Below are positions 45,115-55,736 of a stretch of 64,000 bases of DNA, in pieces. Numbering within the stretch: position 1 is the stretch's first letter; each line of letters opens with the position of its first letter. Made by a program: the position numbers and the translations under genes. The notes beneath the pieces were generated by a model that was given only the letters and a program-made list of their open reading frames with translations, ran no database searches and had not been told where the DNA came from. The DNA is taken from contig CAWDTA010000002.1 in assembly GCA_963805085.1 (NCBI GenBank), positions 1,600,001 to 1,664,000 on the forward strand. The letters are read 5' to 3'. Source of the DNA: an uncultured Veillonellaceae bacterium (lineage in GTDB: Bacteria; Bacillota; Negativicutes; JARBTT01).

Positions 45115-46887
45115 ATGAAAAAAGTTGTAGCAAAAAGCATTTTAGCTACAACTTTTTTCTTTATTATTCTTAGCATGTTGCAACCTGCTTATTGTGTGGC
45201 TAATGACGGCGTAATTAATAAGAAAGTCCTTATCATTGATTCGTTTAATCAGGACTTACCTATTAGTAAGATATTTTTAAAAGGGGTACAAGATGAACTT
45301 GCACAGCAAGCTAACTTAAAAATAAATTATTATTATGAATACCTTGATCAAGAAAATCTAAAATATTTGCCTAAATACTTGCAAGAAAAATATTTCAATC
45401 AAAGACCAGATTTAATTATAGTGCACAGAGAGGCAGCCTTCGAGTTTATGCTGAAGCATACTGAAGTCGTTTTTCCGGGGGTACCCGTCATTTGTGCTGG
45501 GGACACAAGAGAAAAATATAACAATGAAGTATTCCCACCAAATTTTATGCAAGTCTTGGGAAGTGTGGATATTGCTGAGTCGTTTCGAGTATTACTCAAA
45601 ACAAGACCAACAACCAAGAAAATTTATGTTGTGATTGGTGCTTCGGATTTAGAAAGAGGAATGAAGTCTAAATTACGTGAGAATTTAGCTCAATTTTCTG
45701 GGCAAGTTGAGATCATCTATCTTGACAATCTTACTGTCCCTGAGATGCTAGACAAAGTAAGTACGATCACTGGTGATGCTGCCATTATGTATTTTTTTGC
45801 TTTCAAAGATGTGGCAGAAACAAGTTATTTGCCAAGAGAATTAATGAATATGATCTATGCTAGGGCCAAAGTTCCCATTTATACAACCGCGGGCAGTTAC
45901 CTCGGCAGTGGCATCGTCGGCGGATATTTATTCAATGGGGAATTACTAGGAAAAAAAGTAGCGGACTTAGGCCTTGGCATTTTACAAGGAGAAAAGTCAC
46001 TTCCTTCTGGTGTTGAAATTTTCCCGTCAGCAGAATATGTTTTTGATTGGCGGGAGTTAAAGCGTTGGGATATTGATCCAAACTATCTGCCTTATGGCAG
46101 TAAGGTGAAGTTTAGCGAACCTAGTTTATGGGATTTATATCGAGGGTATGTGATTGGTACTATCGTCGTTTTGGTATTGCAAGCAATGTTGATCTTTGGG
46201 CTATTAACGAATCGCAGAAAGCGTAAGAAGGCTGAGGCTATCCTAGAAAAAATGAATGCAAATTTGGAAGCTATGGTTATGGAACGGACGCAGGAGCTAG
46301 AAGCTGCAAATAAAGAACTGAGGGCGGCAAAGGAACGGCAAGAAGATTTAATTAGTGTTCTGAGCCAGTTAAATAGACATTTGGATTTTACTTCCAGAAC
46401 AGATGCGTTGACAGGCCTTTTTAATAGGCGTCATATGACCGAGAAAGTTGAGGCTGAGTTTGAACGGTTTCATCGGACGGGGAGAACCTTCGCAGTAGTT
46501 ATTGGCGATGTTGACCATTTTAAGCAGGTGAATGATACGTATGGTCATAATAGTGGAGATTTTTTATTGCGAATTGTGGCAGACGAGCTTCGTAATGCAG
46601 TACGTGCGTATGATACTGTTTCTAGGTGGGGTGGCGAAGAATTTTTGTGTTTGTTGCCGGAAACGGATATTGATACAGCATTGAAGGTCGCGGAAAGAAT
46701 GCGAAGTATGATAGTAAATAAAAGCTTTGTCTGGGAGGGTTTGTCCATACCAATTAGTATGACCTTTGGTGTGACCATAGCTAATACTGGTGATACAATG
46801 GAGCGAGTAATCGATCGAGCCGATCAAGCACTCTACAAGGGAAAAGAAAGCGGAAGAAATAAAGTAGTATTAGCCGACGGTGTCTAA
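45115..46887 (+). CDS. Membrane diguanylate cyclase with periplasmic sensor
   Basis: DALTGLFNRR, DVDHFKQVND, RAYD I-site, RWGGEEF. Confidence 0.9.
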   Translation: MKKVVAKSILATTFFFIILSMLQPAYCVANDGVINKKVLIIDSFNQDLPISKIFLKGVQDELAQQANLKINYYYEYLDQENLKYLPKYLQEKYFNQRPDLIIVHREAAFEFMLKHTEVVFPGVPVICAGDTREKYNNEVFPPNFMQVLGSVDIAESFRVLLKTRPTTKKIYVVIGASDLERGMKSKLRENLAQFSGQVEIIYLDNLTVPEMLDKVSTITGDAAIMYFFAFKDVAETSYLPRELMNMIYARAKVPIYTTAGSYLGSGIVGGYLFNGELLGKKVADLGLGILQGEKSLPSGVEIFPSAEYVFDWRELKRWDIDPNYLPYGSKVKFSEPSLWDLYRGYVIGTIVVLVLQAMLIFGLLTNRRKRKKAEAILEKMNANLEAMVMERTQELEAANKELRAAKERQEDLISVLSQLNRHLDFTSRTDALTGLFNRRHMTEKVEAEFERFHRTGRTFAVVIGDVDHFKQVNDTYGHNSGDFLLRIVADELRNAVRAYDTVSRWGGEEFLCLLPETDIDTALKVAERMRSMIVNKSFVWEGLSIPISMTFGVTIANTGDTMERVIDRADQALYKGKESGRNKVVLADGV

Positions 46888-46976
46888 CCTATTTATATAT
46901 CCCTCATCGTGGTATAATTCATTTGAATTGTTAGAGAAGTATAGAATGATCAATTTATGAGCTAGGAGTTGTATGA

Positions 46977-48104
46977 ATGAATCCAATTATCAAAAGGAGT
47001 CTACGCCTTTATTTAGCGTTGATAGTAGCCATTTGCTTAGTCAGTCTTTTTTCAATGAGTACATCGTGGGCGAGTGTCTTCAAGCATGCGACGCTTGCGG
47101 ATATTACGCTGTATGGAACTGGTGGCGTTAAGCTTACGCCGGCATTTTCTGCCGAACAAACAAAATACAGAGTAAGTGTCAATAGTGATATTACAAATCT
47201 GCTGATTCGAGCAACCATGGCAGAAGCAGATGCGATGAAAATTAATGGTCAAGATGTAAAGACGGGTGACGATTATAATGCAAAATTGGGAGTAGGCAAG
47301 AATAAATTTGAGTTGACGGTTACGGCACAGAGCGGTGCAACGAATACGTATACGATTTATGTCAAGCGGGAAAATATCAAGCCTGTTATTGATAAGTTTT
47401 TGAAACTGAACTATACAGATTCTGCTACGGGGCAAACGATGCCGTATCGTTTGTTCGTACCTGAAAACTACGATGCGAGCAAAGCATATCCGTTGGTGTT
47501 GTTTCTACATGGTTCAGGAGAGCGCGGCGATGACAATGAAGCGCAGCTAACTGCTAACCAGGGGGCAACAATCTGGGCAAAACCTGATGAACAAGCGAAA
47601 CATCCGTGTTTTGTTTTAGCGCCACAAGCACATAGTGGCGCTGGTTTTGATTTGAGAGAAGATGAGGGCGACAGTGAGTTAGAAATTTCAGATGACCTTA
47701 CGATGGCATTAAAAATTATAGATCAAGTAAGCGCAAAGTATACGATAGATAAAAGACGTCTTTATGCAACGGGCGTGTCACAAGGCGGCTTTGGTGTATG
47801 GAACGCTAATGAAGCGTATCCTAAATTATTTGCAGCGATAGTTCCGGTTTGCAGCGGCGGCAATTTGCAATTTGCTTCGAGGTTAGTGGATAAACCGATC
47901 TGGGCATTTCATGCCGAGGGTGATCCTGTAGTTCCAGTAAAATATAGTAGGAATATGATCAATGCTATCAGAAATGCCGGCGGGAAGCCGATGTATTCGG
48001 AGTTTCCGAGAGAAATGTTTATCAAACCGATGGGACATTATTCTTGGGTATTAGCGTACCAAACTTCGGAGATGAGAGATTGGTTATTCAAACAAAAGCA
48101 ATAA
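46977..48104 (+). CDS. Secreted esterase with cadherin-like beta-sandwich N-terminus
   Basis: MPYRLFVP, LFLHGSGERG, GVSQGG, GHYSW. Confidence 0.8.
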   Translation: MNPIIKRSLRLYLALIVAICLVSLFSMSTSWASVFKHATLADITLYGTGGVKLTPAFSAEQTKYRVSVNSDITNLLIRATMAEADAMKINGQDVKTGDDYNAKLGVGKNKFELTVTAQSGATNTYTIYVKRENIKPVIDKFLKLNYTDSATGQTMPYRLFVPENYDASKAYPLVLFLHGSGERGDDNEAQLTANQGATIWAKPDEQAKHPCFVLAPQAHSGAGFDLREDEGDSELEISDDLTMALKIIDQVSAKYTIDKRRLYATGVSQGGFGVWNANEAYPKLFAAIVPVCSGGNLQFASRLVDKPIWAFHAEGDPVVPVKYSRNMINAIRNAGGKPMYSEFPREMFIKPMGHYSWVLAYQTSEMRDWLFKQKQ

Positions 48105-48173
48105 GCCAAAATTTTCGTAACCTGTAATTTAGTAATATAGTATAGTCAAACATAGAGGGGAAAAAGATATTGT

Positions 48174-49319
48174 ATGAGTACTAGTGTGTTAACAGAGCGA
48201 GGTTTTGCCGAAACTATTGCCGAAAATGGCGGGCGGGTATTTAGAGTCGGCGGCTGTGTCCGTGATCAGTTTATGGGGGTAACGGCAAAAGACATTGATT
48301 TTAGCGTAGTGGGGATGGTAAAGAAGAATTTTAAAGAACTGTTTCCTGAGGCGCAGGAGATTGGTAAATCTTTTCCTGTTTTTCTTTTAAAAATAGATGG
48401 CGTGAAGCGTGAAGTTGCTTTTGCGAGAACCGAGAAAAAAATAGGCCCTGGCTACAAAGGATTCAGAGTGTCAGCTAAGCCTAAGATTACGATTGAAGAA
48501 GATCTTTTTCGTCGCGATACTACAGTGAACTCGATGGCTGAGGACTGTTTAACAGGTGAAGTTATTGATCCTTTTGGTGGACGAGCCGATATAGAAGCAA
48601 AGGTACTTAGAGCGACGAGTGAACATTTTTCGGATGATCCTATGCGGGCGTTACGGCTGGCCGGGCATGCGGCTCGCTTTGACTTTGCAATAGATATTGC
48701 TACGTTGCCACAGATGAGAGCGACGAACGTAGAATTGGCCGAGGAGCCTGTAGAACGCATGGTGGCGGAGCTTGGCAAGGTGTTACCAGAAGCGAAGCAG
48801 CCAGGACGCTTTTTTAGAGTTCTAGGACAGACAAAGTTATTATCGGTTACCTTTCATGAGTTGGCAGCTTTACCAACTGAAGCGTTTGCTAAAGCAATGG
48901 AACGGCTAGATGCAGTGGCAAACGTTACGAAGGATGCCAAACTTCGCTTTGCTGCTTTAGGAACGGTATTGACTAAGGAAATGTTAACCGCGTGGAATAA
49001 GCGCATGACCTTGCCTGGCGATTGGTTAGATGCAGCGATTACAGTCAGTGAATCCATAGTCTTTTTAGAACAGCTCACCGCCGATAAAGTTGTTGATACC
49101 ATGAACAAATTAAGACGTGGTTCCCTGAATCTAGAGGAGTTTGACCTCATTACGCAAGCTACTGGGGTAAAAATCCCGCAATTAGGTCCAATGAAAGCGG
49201 TAATGGCCTTGGCAAAAGGTGAGGCGGTACCTAAGTCTTTGCAGGGCAAAGAAATCGGTGAGTGGCTAAAGAGAAAGCAGGTTGAAACATTAGCGAAACA
49301 TTTGAATTTGAGAGGCTAA
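48174..49319 (+). CDS. tRNA nucleotidyltransferase / poly(A) polymerase family
   Basis: VGGCVRD, DID, EDLFRRD, DPFGG, DDPMRALR. Confidence 0.85.
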   Translation: MSTSVLTERGFAETIAENGGRVFRVGGCVRDQFMGVTAKDIDFSVVGMVKKNFKELFPEAQEIGKSFPVFLLKIDGVKREVAFARTEKKIGPGYKGFRVSAKPKITIEEDLFRRDTTVNSMAEDCLTGEVIDPFGGRADIEAKVLRATSEHFSDDPMRALRLAGHAARFDFAIDIATLPQMRATNVELAEEPVERMVAELGKVLPEAKQPGRFFRVLGQTKLLSVTFHELAALPTEAFAKAMERLDAVANVTKDAKLRFAALGTVLTKEMLTAWNKRMTLPGDWLDAAITVSESIVFLEQLTADKVVDTMNKLRRGSLNLEEFDLITQATGVKIPQLGPMKAVMALAKGEAVPKSLQGKEIGEWLKRKQVETLAKHLNLRG

Positions 49320-49455
49320 TGGATGGCTCTTTTGTCTAGAATAGATTGATTTAGTATGGTGGTATATGGAGAGATTGTTAACATATAACCCAGAAGCATA
49401 TTTGTGCACGGTTTTGTATTGTCTAATAGAATTAAAAACCAAGGAAAGATGAGTT

Positions 49456-50163
49456 ATGAAAGAATCAAGCATATCGGGAGCGATAACGAGTATCGCTCGT
49501 ATTCACACGGAGTTTCCGATGAAATTTGGTGTTCCGCGGCAAAGTGGGCTTGTGCCACTCGGAGCGACGATTATATTTGAACCGCCATATCGTGATTTTA
49601 GTGCGGTTCGGGGCTTAGAAGGATTTTCGCATATGTGGCTGATCTGGCAGTTTTCAGAAGCAGTAGGCAGTAAATATTCTCTTACGGTTCGTCCGCCACG
49701 TTTGGGTGGCAATACACGGATGGGAGTATTCGCTACACGTTCTCCTTTTAGACCAAACCATCTAGGTCTTTCTTCCGTTAAACTGGAACGGATTGAAAAA
49801 CATCCGAATTTGGGGCCGATTCTGCATGTATCGGGTGCCGATATGATCGATCAAACGCCGATTTTTGATATTAAACCATATCTGCCGTTTACAGATAGTC
49901 ATCCAGATGCGATAGCCGGGTTTGCTGGTCCTCTCGTAGATTATAAACTGCAAGTCATTTTCCCTGAAAAATGGCTCGCGCTCATACCAGAGTATTTAAG
50001 GCAGGGATTATATAGTGTGTTAGAACAAGATCCTCGTCCGGCCTATGTGCAAGATCCTGCCCGTGTTTTTGGAATTCCTTTCGCCGAGTTTGATATTCGT
50101 TTCACAGTGGAAAATGGTATCCTAACAGTTTTGCATATAGAATGTCTTGATAAAAATAAGTAA
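49456..50163 (+). CDS. trmO: tRNA m6t6A37 methyltransferase TrmO
   Basis: KFGVPRQ, VRPPRLGGN, GVFATRSPFRPN, DIKPY, QDPRP. Confidence 0.92.
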   Translation: MKESSISGAITSIARIHTEFPMKFGVPRQSGLVPLGATIIFEPPYRDFSAVRGLEGFSHMWLIWQFSEAVGSKYSLTVRPPRLGGNTRMGVFATRSPFRPNHLGLSSVKLERIEKHPNLGPILHVSGADMIDQTPIFDIKPYLPFTDSHPDAIAGFAGPLVDYKLQVIFPEKWLALIPEYLRQGLYSVLEQDPRPAYVQDPARVFGIPFAEFDIRFTVENGILTVLHIECLDKNK

Positions 50164-50332
50164 TATGCGAAAGAGAGCAAAGTAACGCATGAGATTACTT
50201 TGTTCTCTTTCTCGTTTTGCAGGAATTTTGAGTTTTATAGTAAATATTAAAAGTTAAAGCTTTTTGGATTTAAAAAAGATTTATAGTTGACTTTACATTT
50301 AACTGATACATAAATAATTTAGGAGAAAGATT

Positions 50333-52276
50333 ATGAAACCTAAAATTGGAGTAATTTCACCATCTAGCACATTAACGCAGTTAATACAGAAAATTGTAGA
50401 TCAAAGAAATTTATCTTTTATAATTAAACAGGCTTCACAAGAGGATGCTTTAAGCATTGCTCAAAATCTTATTGATGAGGGGATAACTGTAATCATAAGT
50501 CGTGGAAATACTGCACAGATGTTACGTAGTCACGTAGATATTCCAATTGTCGAAGTACAGCATACATTTTTTGATTGTTATTTTTCTTATCAAAAAGCTC
50601 GTCTTATTTCTGATAAAATTGCTTTTTTAGCAACCTCAGAAGGTTACATAAAAATTCTAAATAAATCTAAACCGTTTTTAGAAGATGTATTAATATATCC
50701 TATCAATCCATTATTAGGTAAAGATGCTACGCAGAAAAAGATAGATGAATTAATATCTATGGGAATAAAAGTGGCAATTGGGGGACTTTCTCTTGAAAAA
50801 GAAGTAATAAAACACGGCATTGACTATATCATGACAACGGCTGATGAAGATTCAATAAACGATGCTATTAATGCAGCACTTCATTTATTAAAAGTTGAAC
50901 ACGAAAAGACGCGAAAAAGTTTAGAATTGCAAAGCCGTTATGAATTGATACGGGCTATTTTGAACTGTGTATCAGAAGGCATTGTCAGTATTGATCGTGA
51001 TGGACTTGTTACAAATATAAACGGAAATGCCAGTAGATTCTTGGAACCGTTACATTGTGGACAACATATTGATCATGTTATAAAAAAAAGTTATTTTTCT
51101 GATGTGTTAAAAAAAGGTGAATCTGTTCGTGGCGCTTTACTTACGATAAAAAACCATTCGCTTATCCTAAATATTGATCCCATCAAATTAAATCAACAAG
51201 TGCTCGGCGCTGTTGCAACTTTGCAAAAACAAGCGGAAATTCAAAATATAGAACATAAAATGCGCCGCTTGCTCGTCCAAAAGCATGTTGCTGATAAAAC
51301 GTTTGCCGATATTATTGGTTCTAGCCCAGCGATTCAAGCAGCAAAAAAATTGGCAATTAAATATGCGGCTGTAGACAGTACAACCATGATTGTTGGTAAC
51401 ACAGGAACAGGAAAAGAATTATTTGCGCAAAGTATTCACAATGCTTCTAATCGACGTCGCGCCCCATTTGTGGCGATAAACTGTGCTGCATTTCCGCCAA
51501 GTGTCCTAGAAAGTGAGTTGTTTGGCTATGTTAAAGGAGCCTTTACGGGAGCTCTTAATGAAGGCAAACCAGGCGTGTTCGAACTTGCCCATATGGGAAC
51601 CATTTTTTTGGATGAAATTAGTGAGACCTCATTGGATGTACAGTTAAAACTTTTACGAGTTATCCAAGAAAGAAAAGTCATTCGCATTGGTGACGACAAA
51701 GTAACGCCAGTTGATATACGTATTATTACCTCAAGCAACAAAGATTTGAATAACTTAGTAAAAGAAGGATTGTTTCGTGAAGATTTTTTCTACAGGATAT
51801 GCGTATTAAAATTGTGTCTTCCATCGCTAAATGAACGCCGTGAAGATATTCCAGAACTTATACGATATTTTCTAAAAAATCCTCACTTACCTACTTGTGA
51901 TATTACAGATGAAGCTTTGGAGCTGCTATCCATGTGTGAGTGGCGCGGAAATATCCGTCAACTTGGTAATATTGTTGAACGGTTAGCTGTAATGTGCGAC
52001 GATGGCATCGTCAATAAAAATTTGGTGCAAGAAGTTGCAGATGATATATCTTTTAAGAACGACGAAGATTTTGTTCCTGCTGCGTTAACTACATCCACCC
52101 CGAAGGGAACTCTGACCGAAAAAGAATTTATTTACCAAATATTATGTGAAGTGAATGGAAACAGAACAAAGGCAGCAAAACGGTTAGGAATTAGCATAAC
52201 AACACTATGGCGAAAAATGAAGAAATATATGAAAGAAGATTCCCATTGCTTTGATTTAATAAAATATAACAGATAA
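50333..52276 (+). CDS. PrpR-like sigma54-dependent activator (PrpR_N-PAS-AAA-HTH)
   Basis: IISRG, GTGKELFA, ESELFG, GAFTGA, GNIRQL, C-terminal HTH. Confidence 0.92.
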   Translation: MKPKIGVISPSSTLTQLIQKIVDQRNLSFIIKQASQEDALSIAQNLIDEGITVIISRGNTAQMLRSHVDIPIVEVQHTFFDCYFSYQKARLISDKIAFLATSEGYIKILNKSKPFLEDVLIYPINPLLGKDATQKKIDELISMGIKVAIGGLSLEKEVIKHGIDYIMTTADEDSINDAINAALHLLKVEHEKTRKSLELQSRYELIRAILNCVSEGIVSIDRDGLVTNINGNASRFLEPLHCGQHIDHVIKKSYFSDVLKKGESVRGALLTIKNHSLILNIDPIKLNQQVLGAVATLQKQAEIQNIEHKMRRLLVQKHVADKTFADIIGSSPAIQAAKKLAIKYAAVDSTTMIVGNTGTGKELFAQSIHNASNRRRAPFVAINCAAFPPSVLESELFGYVKGAFTGALNEGKPGVFELAHMGTIFLDEISETSLDVQLKLLRVIQERKVIRIGDDKVTPVDIRIITSSNKDLNNLVKEGLFREDFFYRICVLKLCLPSLNERREDIPELIRYFLKNPHLPTCDITDEALELLSMCEWRGNIRQLGNIVERLAVMCDDGIVNKNLVQEVADDISFKNDEDFVPAALTTSTPKGTLTEKEFIYQILCEVNGNRTKAAKRLGISITTLWRKMKKYMKEDSHCFDLIKYNR

Positions 52277-52317
52277 AAGATTGTCTTGAAAAATTACGAA
52301 GTGAGCCTTGCAATTGA

Positions 52318-52331
52318 TTTCAATAATGAAA
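52318..52331. promoter_or_regulatory. Putative upstream activator site
   Basis: TTTCA-ATAA-TGAAA palindrome about 190 bp upstream of the sigma54 promoter. Confidence 0.4.
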
Positions 52332-52519
52332 AAATATGCAAAGGATCGCAATGTCCTGAAAAGTAATTTATCACGTATATTTTCGGTATATTGCAAAAAT
52401 TCAATCAATATATAATGATTTATAAAATATGAATTGGATTTGCATCAGAGATTTATTAGAGTATTAATCAAAGAAAAGCTGATTCTTGCACAGAATCAGC
52501 TTTTCTTACTTATGAAGGC

Positions 52520-52535
52520 TGGCACACTTCTTGCA
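52520..52535 (+). promoter_or_regulatory. Sigma54 -24/-12 promoter
   Basis: TGGCACACTTCTTGCA. Confidence 0.9.
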
Positions 52536-52573
52536 TTTAAAATAGGCATAAACAATAAAAAGGGGGAACAGTC

Positions 52574-53452
52574 ATGCAATTGGTACTCATTGGGTTTGGC
52601 GAAGCAGCCTATAATATCGCTATCGGGCTAAAATCAGAAGGATTAACGGATATTGGTGCTTACGATGTAAATGCAACAAATCCTCAATTAGGTGAAATGA
52701 TTCAAAAAAGAGCCAAAGAAGCTGACGTTAAGTTGTTTGATAGTTTAGAAAACGCTTATCAATCTGGCAAATTTATTGCATCTCTCACGAGTGCGAAAGT
52801 CGCAGTAAATGTAGCGGAATCCATTATTCCGCATCTGACGGAAAAACAAGTCTATGTCGATATGAATTCTGCTGCACCTACGATAAAAGCAGATATTGCA
52901 AGAATTCCACATGCAGAGGGTGTTAAATTTTGTGATGCCGCTGTTATGGGTACAGTTCCTGGCAATAAACATAAAGTACCTATGTTTTTGGCAGGAGAGG
53001 GTGCTAAAGATTTTGAAAGAGAATTTTCACAATATGGCATGAAATTAACCGTGTTGGATGCAGAAGCGGGCGGGGCTTCCGCAATTAAGATGTTCAAAAG
53101 CGTAGTCATGAAAGGGATCCCACAGCTTATGTTTGAATCCTTTGAAGCAGCGCAGAATTATGGTGTATTAGATACACTGGTAAAGTCTCTTTCTAGCTCT
53201 ATTAATGGTAAAACTGTGGAGCAATTAGCCGATAACTTTATTGCTCGTACAATGATTCATGCATCACGCCGTAGCGCAGAAATGAAAGATGTGGTAGCAA
53301 CCTTGGAAAGCTTAGGGGTTGATGCCTCGATGTCAAAGGCGACTGTCCATAAATTAGACCATATGGCTGAGCAAAACTGGGTAAATAAGCTCGGTGCAGG
53401 CGGCGATAAGATGGATTATAAAGAAGCGATGAAACATTTTATAGAACAATAA
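52574..53452 (+). CDS. NAD(P)-dependent beta-hydroxyacid dehydrogenase (DUF1932-type)
   Basis: IGFGEAA, YVDMNS, ASAIKMFKSVVMKG, HASRRSAEM. Confidence 0.8.
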   Translation: MQLVLIGFGEAAYNIAIGLKSEGLTDIGAYDVNATNPQLGEMIQKRAKEADVKLFDSLENAYQSGKFIASLTSAKVAVNVAESIIPHLTEKQVYVDMNSAAPTIKADIARIPHAEGVKFCDAAVMGTVPGNKHKVPMFLAGEGAKDFEREFSQYGMKLTVLDAEAGGASAIKMFKSVVMKGIPQLMFESFEAAQNYGVLDTLVKSLSSSINGKTVEQLADNFIARTMIHASRRSAEMKDVVATLESLGVDASMSKATVHKLDHMAEQNWVNKLGAGGDKMDYKEAMKHFIEQ

Positions 53453-53478
53453 AATGATATAAAAAGGAGTGTTTTTTC

Positions 53479-54186
53479 ATGAGTAAAATTAACTATAACG
53501 AACTTCCTGAATTAATTCCACAGAATTTAATAGAGCGAGTAAAGAGATTGAGCCCGGCACAGCTCTGTGATGGCATGGAGAAACTAGGGATTGAACGTAA
53601 TGGTTGTATGGATGCTAGTTTGATGCCTTTAGATAGCGATAAGATTTTGATCGGAACTGCCTGTACGGTGGATACGGAAGATGGTGATAATTTTCCGATT
53701 CATATTGCAATTTATCAAGGTAAGCCAGGATATGTATTGGTGGTTGCTGGAAAAGGATATACCGAAAGAACTTATATGGGGGATTTGATGGGCGCTTCAG
53801 CAGAAGCAATCGGATTAAACGGGATTATCGTTGATGGATATGTGCGGGATAAAGTTGGATTATCACAGCTTTCTATTCCGATTTATGCCAAGGGGATTAT
53901 GCAACGAAGCCCGTCAAAAAAAGGACCAGGTGAAATTAATACGGTTGTAACTTGTGCGGGGGTTAAAGTAAGTCCAGGCGATCTGATTTTGGGAGACGCG
54001 GATGGTGTTAGCGTTATTCCGCGTGAACGTATTGAGGAAGTGTTAGAAGCCGCTGAAAAGAAAGAGGCTTATGAAGTAAAACGTAGAGCAACTATAGCAG
54101 AATATGCTAAGTGTAGGAAAAATAATGAGCTTCTTCCGGAATTAGCTCCAGCGTGGGTAATAGAAATGATAAATAGCAATAAATAG
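53479..54186 (+). CDS. RraA-like / HMG-CHA aldolase family protein
   Basis: GTACTV, GDN, MGDLM, DGYVRD, PGDLILGDADGV. Confidence 0.85.
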   Translation: MSKINYNELPELIPQNLIERVKRLSPAQLCDGMEKLGIERNGCMDASLMPLDSDKILIGTACTVDTEDGDNFPIHIAIYQGKPGYVLVVAGKGYTERTYMGDLMGASAEAIGLNGIIVDGYVRDKVGLSQLSIPIYAKGIMQRSPSKKGPGEINTVVTCAGVKVSPGDLILGDADGVSVIPRERIEEVLEAAEKKEAYEVKRRATIAEYAKCRKNNELLPELAPAWVIEMINSNK

Positions 54187-54249
54187 GTTGGATATGAAAC
54201 CACTAGTTAGAAATTATAAAATATGATATGTGGCGAAGGAGAGAGTGAA

Positions 54250-55608
54250 ATGCTAACAATTTTAGGCTATTTATTGATTATTGTATTTTTAGTGCTCGTT
54301 ATAAAGAAAAAACTATCTCCATTTACCGGCTTAATCGTAGTATCGCTGACAGCGGCACTTCTTGCTTGTTTATTAAATGGTATTCCTCTAGAAAAAATAC
54401 TTATCTGGATTAGAGATGGATTATTCTATACCGTTGATACAAAAGGCAAGGTGAAGTTAGGCACAATTAATCCAACCATCATGATATTGTTTGCCATTCT
54501 TTACTTCAGTCTTATGATGAATGTCGGATTATTTGATCCTCTTTGTACCTACCTGATAAGAAAAGCCAAAGGTGATCCGCTGAAAATTATTATGGTGACA
54601 GCCTTTACTGCATCTGTTGTTACCCTAGACGGAGATGGGACAACTACTATATTAATTATTACTGCAGCTTTTGTGCCTTTATTTAAACAAATGGGCTTAA
54701 AATTATCCAACTTGGCGATGCTGATTATTCTTCCCTGTGGATTAGGCAATTGCTTGCCCTGGGGCGGACCACTTGCACGGGCAGCAGCAGTGCTCAATCT
54801 AGAAGTAAACGATTTATTTGTAGCTGTTTTACCAATTCTTGGCATATCGTTTATTTATGTGTTTATTGTAGCTTATATGATGGGGAAAAAGGAGAGAAAA
54901 AGACTTGGTTATATTTCTGGGGGAAATACGGTAATTTCGCAAGACCAGATAGAAGAAATGGTGGCGGTTATCGAAAATAATGATAAAGAGCTTAAGAGAC
55001 CTAAACGCTTTTGGTTTAATCTTATACTGACAATAGTTATGCTGACAATTTTAATTTTAGGATGGGTTAGCGGCGCTATCGTATTTTTGCTTGGTACAGG
55101 CATTGCTTTGGCCATTAACTATAATGATAAAGAACAGCGTGAGCGTATTACTGCAAACGGCGGTGATGCCATTGCCGTGACCTCAATCATTATTGCGGCA
55201 GGGTGTTTTTTAGGTATTTTAAATGGCAGCGGTATGGCGGCAGCCATTGCTAATCATATGGCGAGTTTAATACCGCCGTCTTTAGGCAGCCATACAGCTT
55301 TGATTTTCGCTTTTCTTGGGTCTTTTGCATGTTATGCTCTGCCTGTTGATGCTTATTATTTCGGCATACTGCCTGTTGTTGCTCCTATTGCCTATCAGTA
55401 TGGCATAACGCCTACTGAAATTGGTATGGCATCCTTTATGGGGCAGGCCATTCGTTACGCAAGCCCGACAGTTGCGTGGCTTTTCTTACTAATGGATAGA
55501 ACGGAAATGAGTTTCGGTGAATATCAAAAGGAATTTTTCAAATGGTCCATACCACTGTTTTTCATTTTTATTATTACAGCTATTTTAACAGGACAATTAC
55601 CTGTGTAA
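54250..55608 (+). CDS. CitMHS-family citrate/tricarboxylate transporter
   Basis: FAILYF, GLFDPL, LDGDGTTT, PWGGP, DAYYFGILP. Confidence 0.9.
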   Translation: MLTILGYLLIIVFLVLVIKKKLSPFTGLIVVSLTAALLACLLNGIPLEKILIWIRDGLFYTVDTKGKVKLGTINPTIMILFAILYFSLMMNVGLFDPLCTYLIRKAKGDPLKIIMVTAFTASVVTLDGDGTTTILIITAAFVPLFKQMGLKLSNLAMLIILPCGLGNCLPWGGPLARAAAVLNLEVNDLFVAVLPILGISFIYVFIVAYMMGKKERKRLGYISGGNTVISQDQIEEMVAVIENNDKELKRPKRFWFNLILTIVMLTILILGWVSGAIVFLLGTGIALAINYNDKEQRERITANGGDAIAVTSIIIAAGCFLGILNGSGMAAAIANHMASLIPPSLGSHTALIFAFLGSFACYALPVDAYYFGILPVVAPIAYQYGITPTEIGMASFMGQAIRYASPTVAWLFLLMDRTEMSFGEYQKEFFKWSIPLFFIFIITAILTGQLPV

Positions 55609-55616
55609 GTGGCCGC

Positions 55617-55659
55617 ATAAAAATAAAAGTCCGCGAGTTTCGCGGGCTTTTATTTTTAT
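55617..55659. terminator. Intrinsic terminator
   Basis: ATAAAAATAAAAGTCCGCGA/TCGCGGGCTTTTATTTTTAT. Confidence 0.8.
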
Positions 55660-55736
55660 GCAGGAATGTTGAATTTTATTGTAAATAGTTAAAATTAAAG
55701 ATTTAACTATTTAAGAGGTTTAGAGCTAATTTTGTG

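Noticed and set aside
52434-52631. 65-aa ORF upstream of the dehydrogenase
   Set aside because: Overlaps the sigma54 promoter and the next gene; likely spurious.
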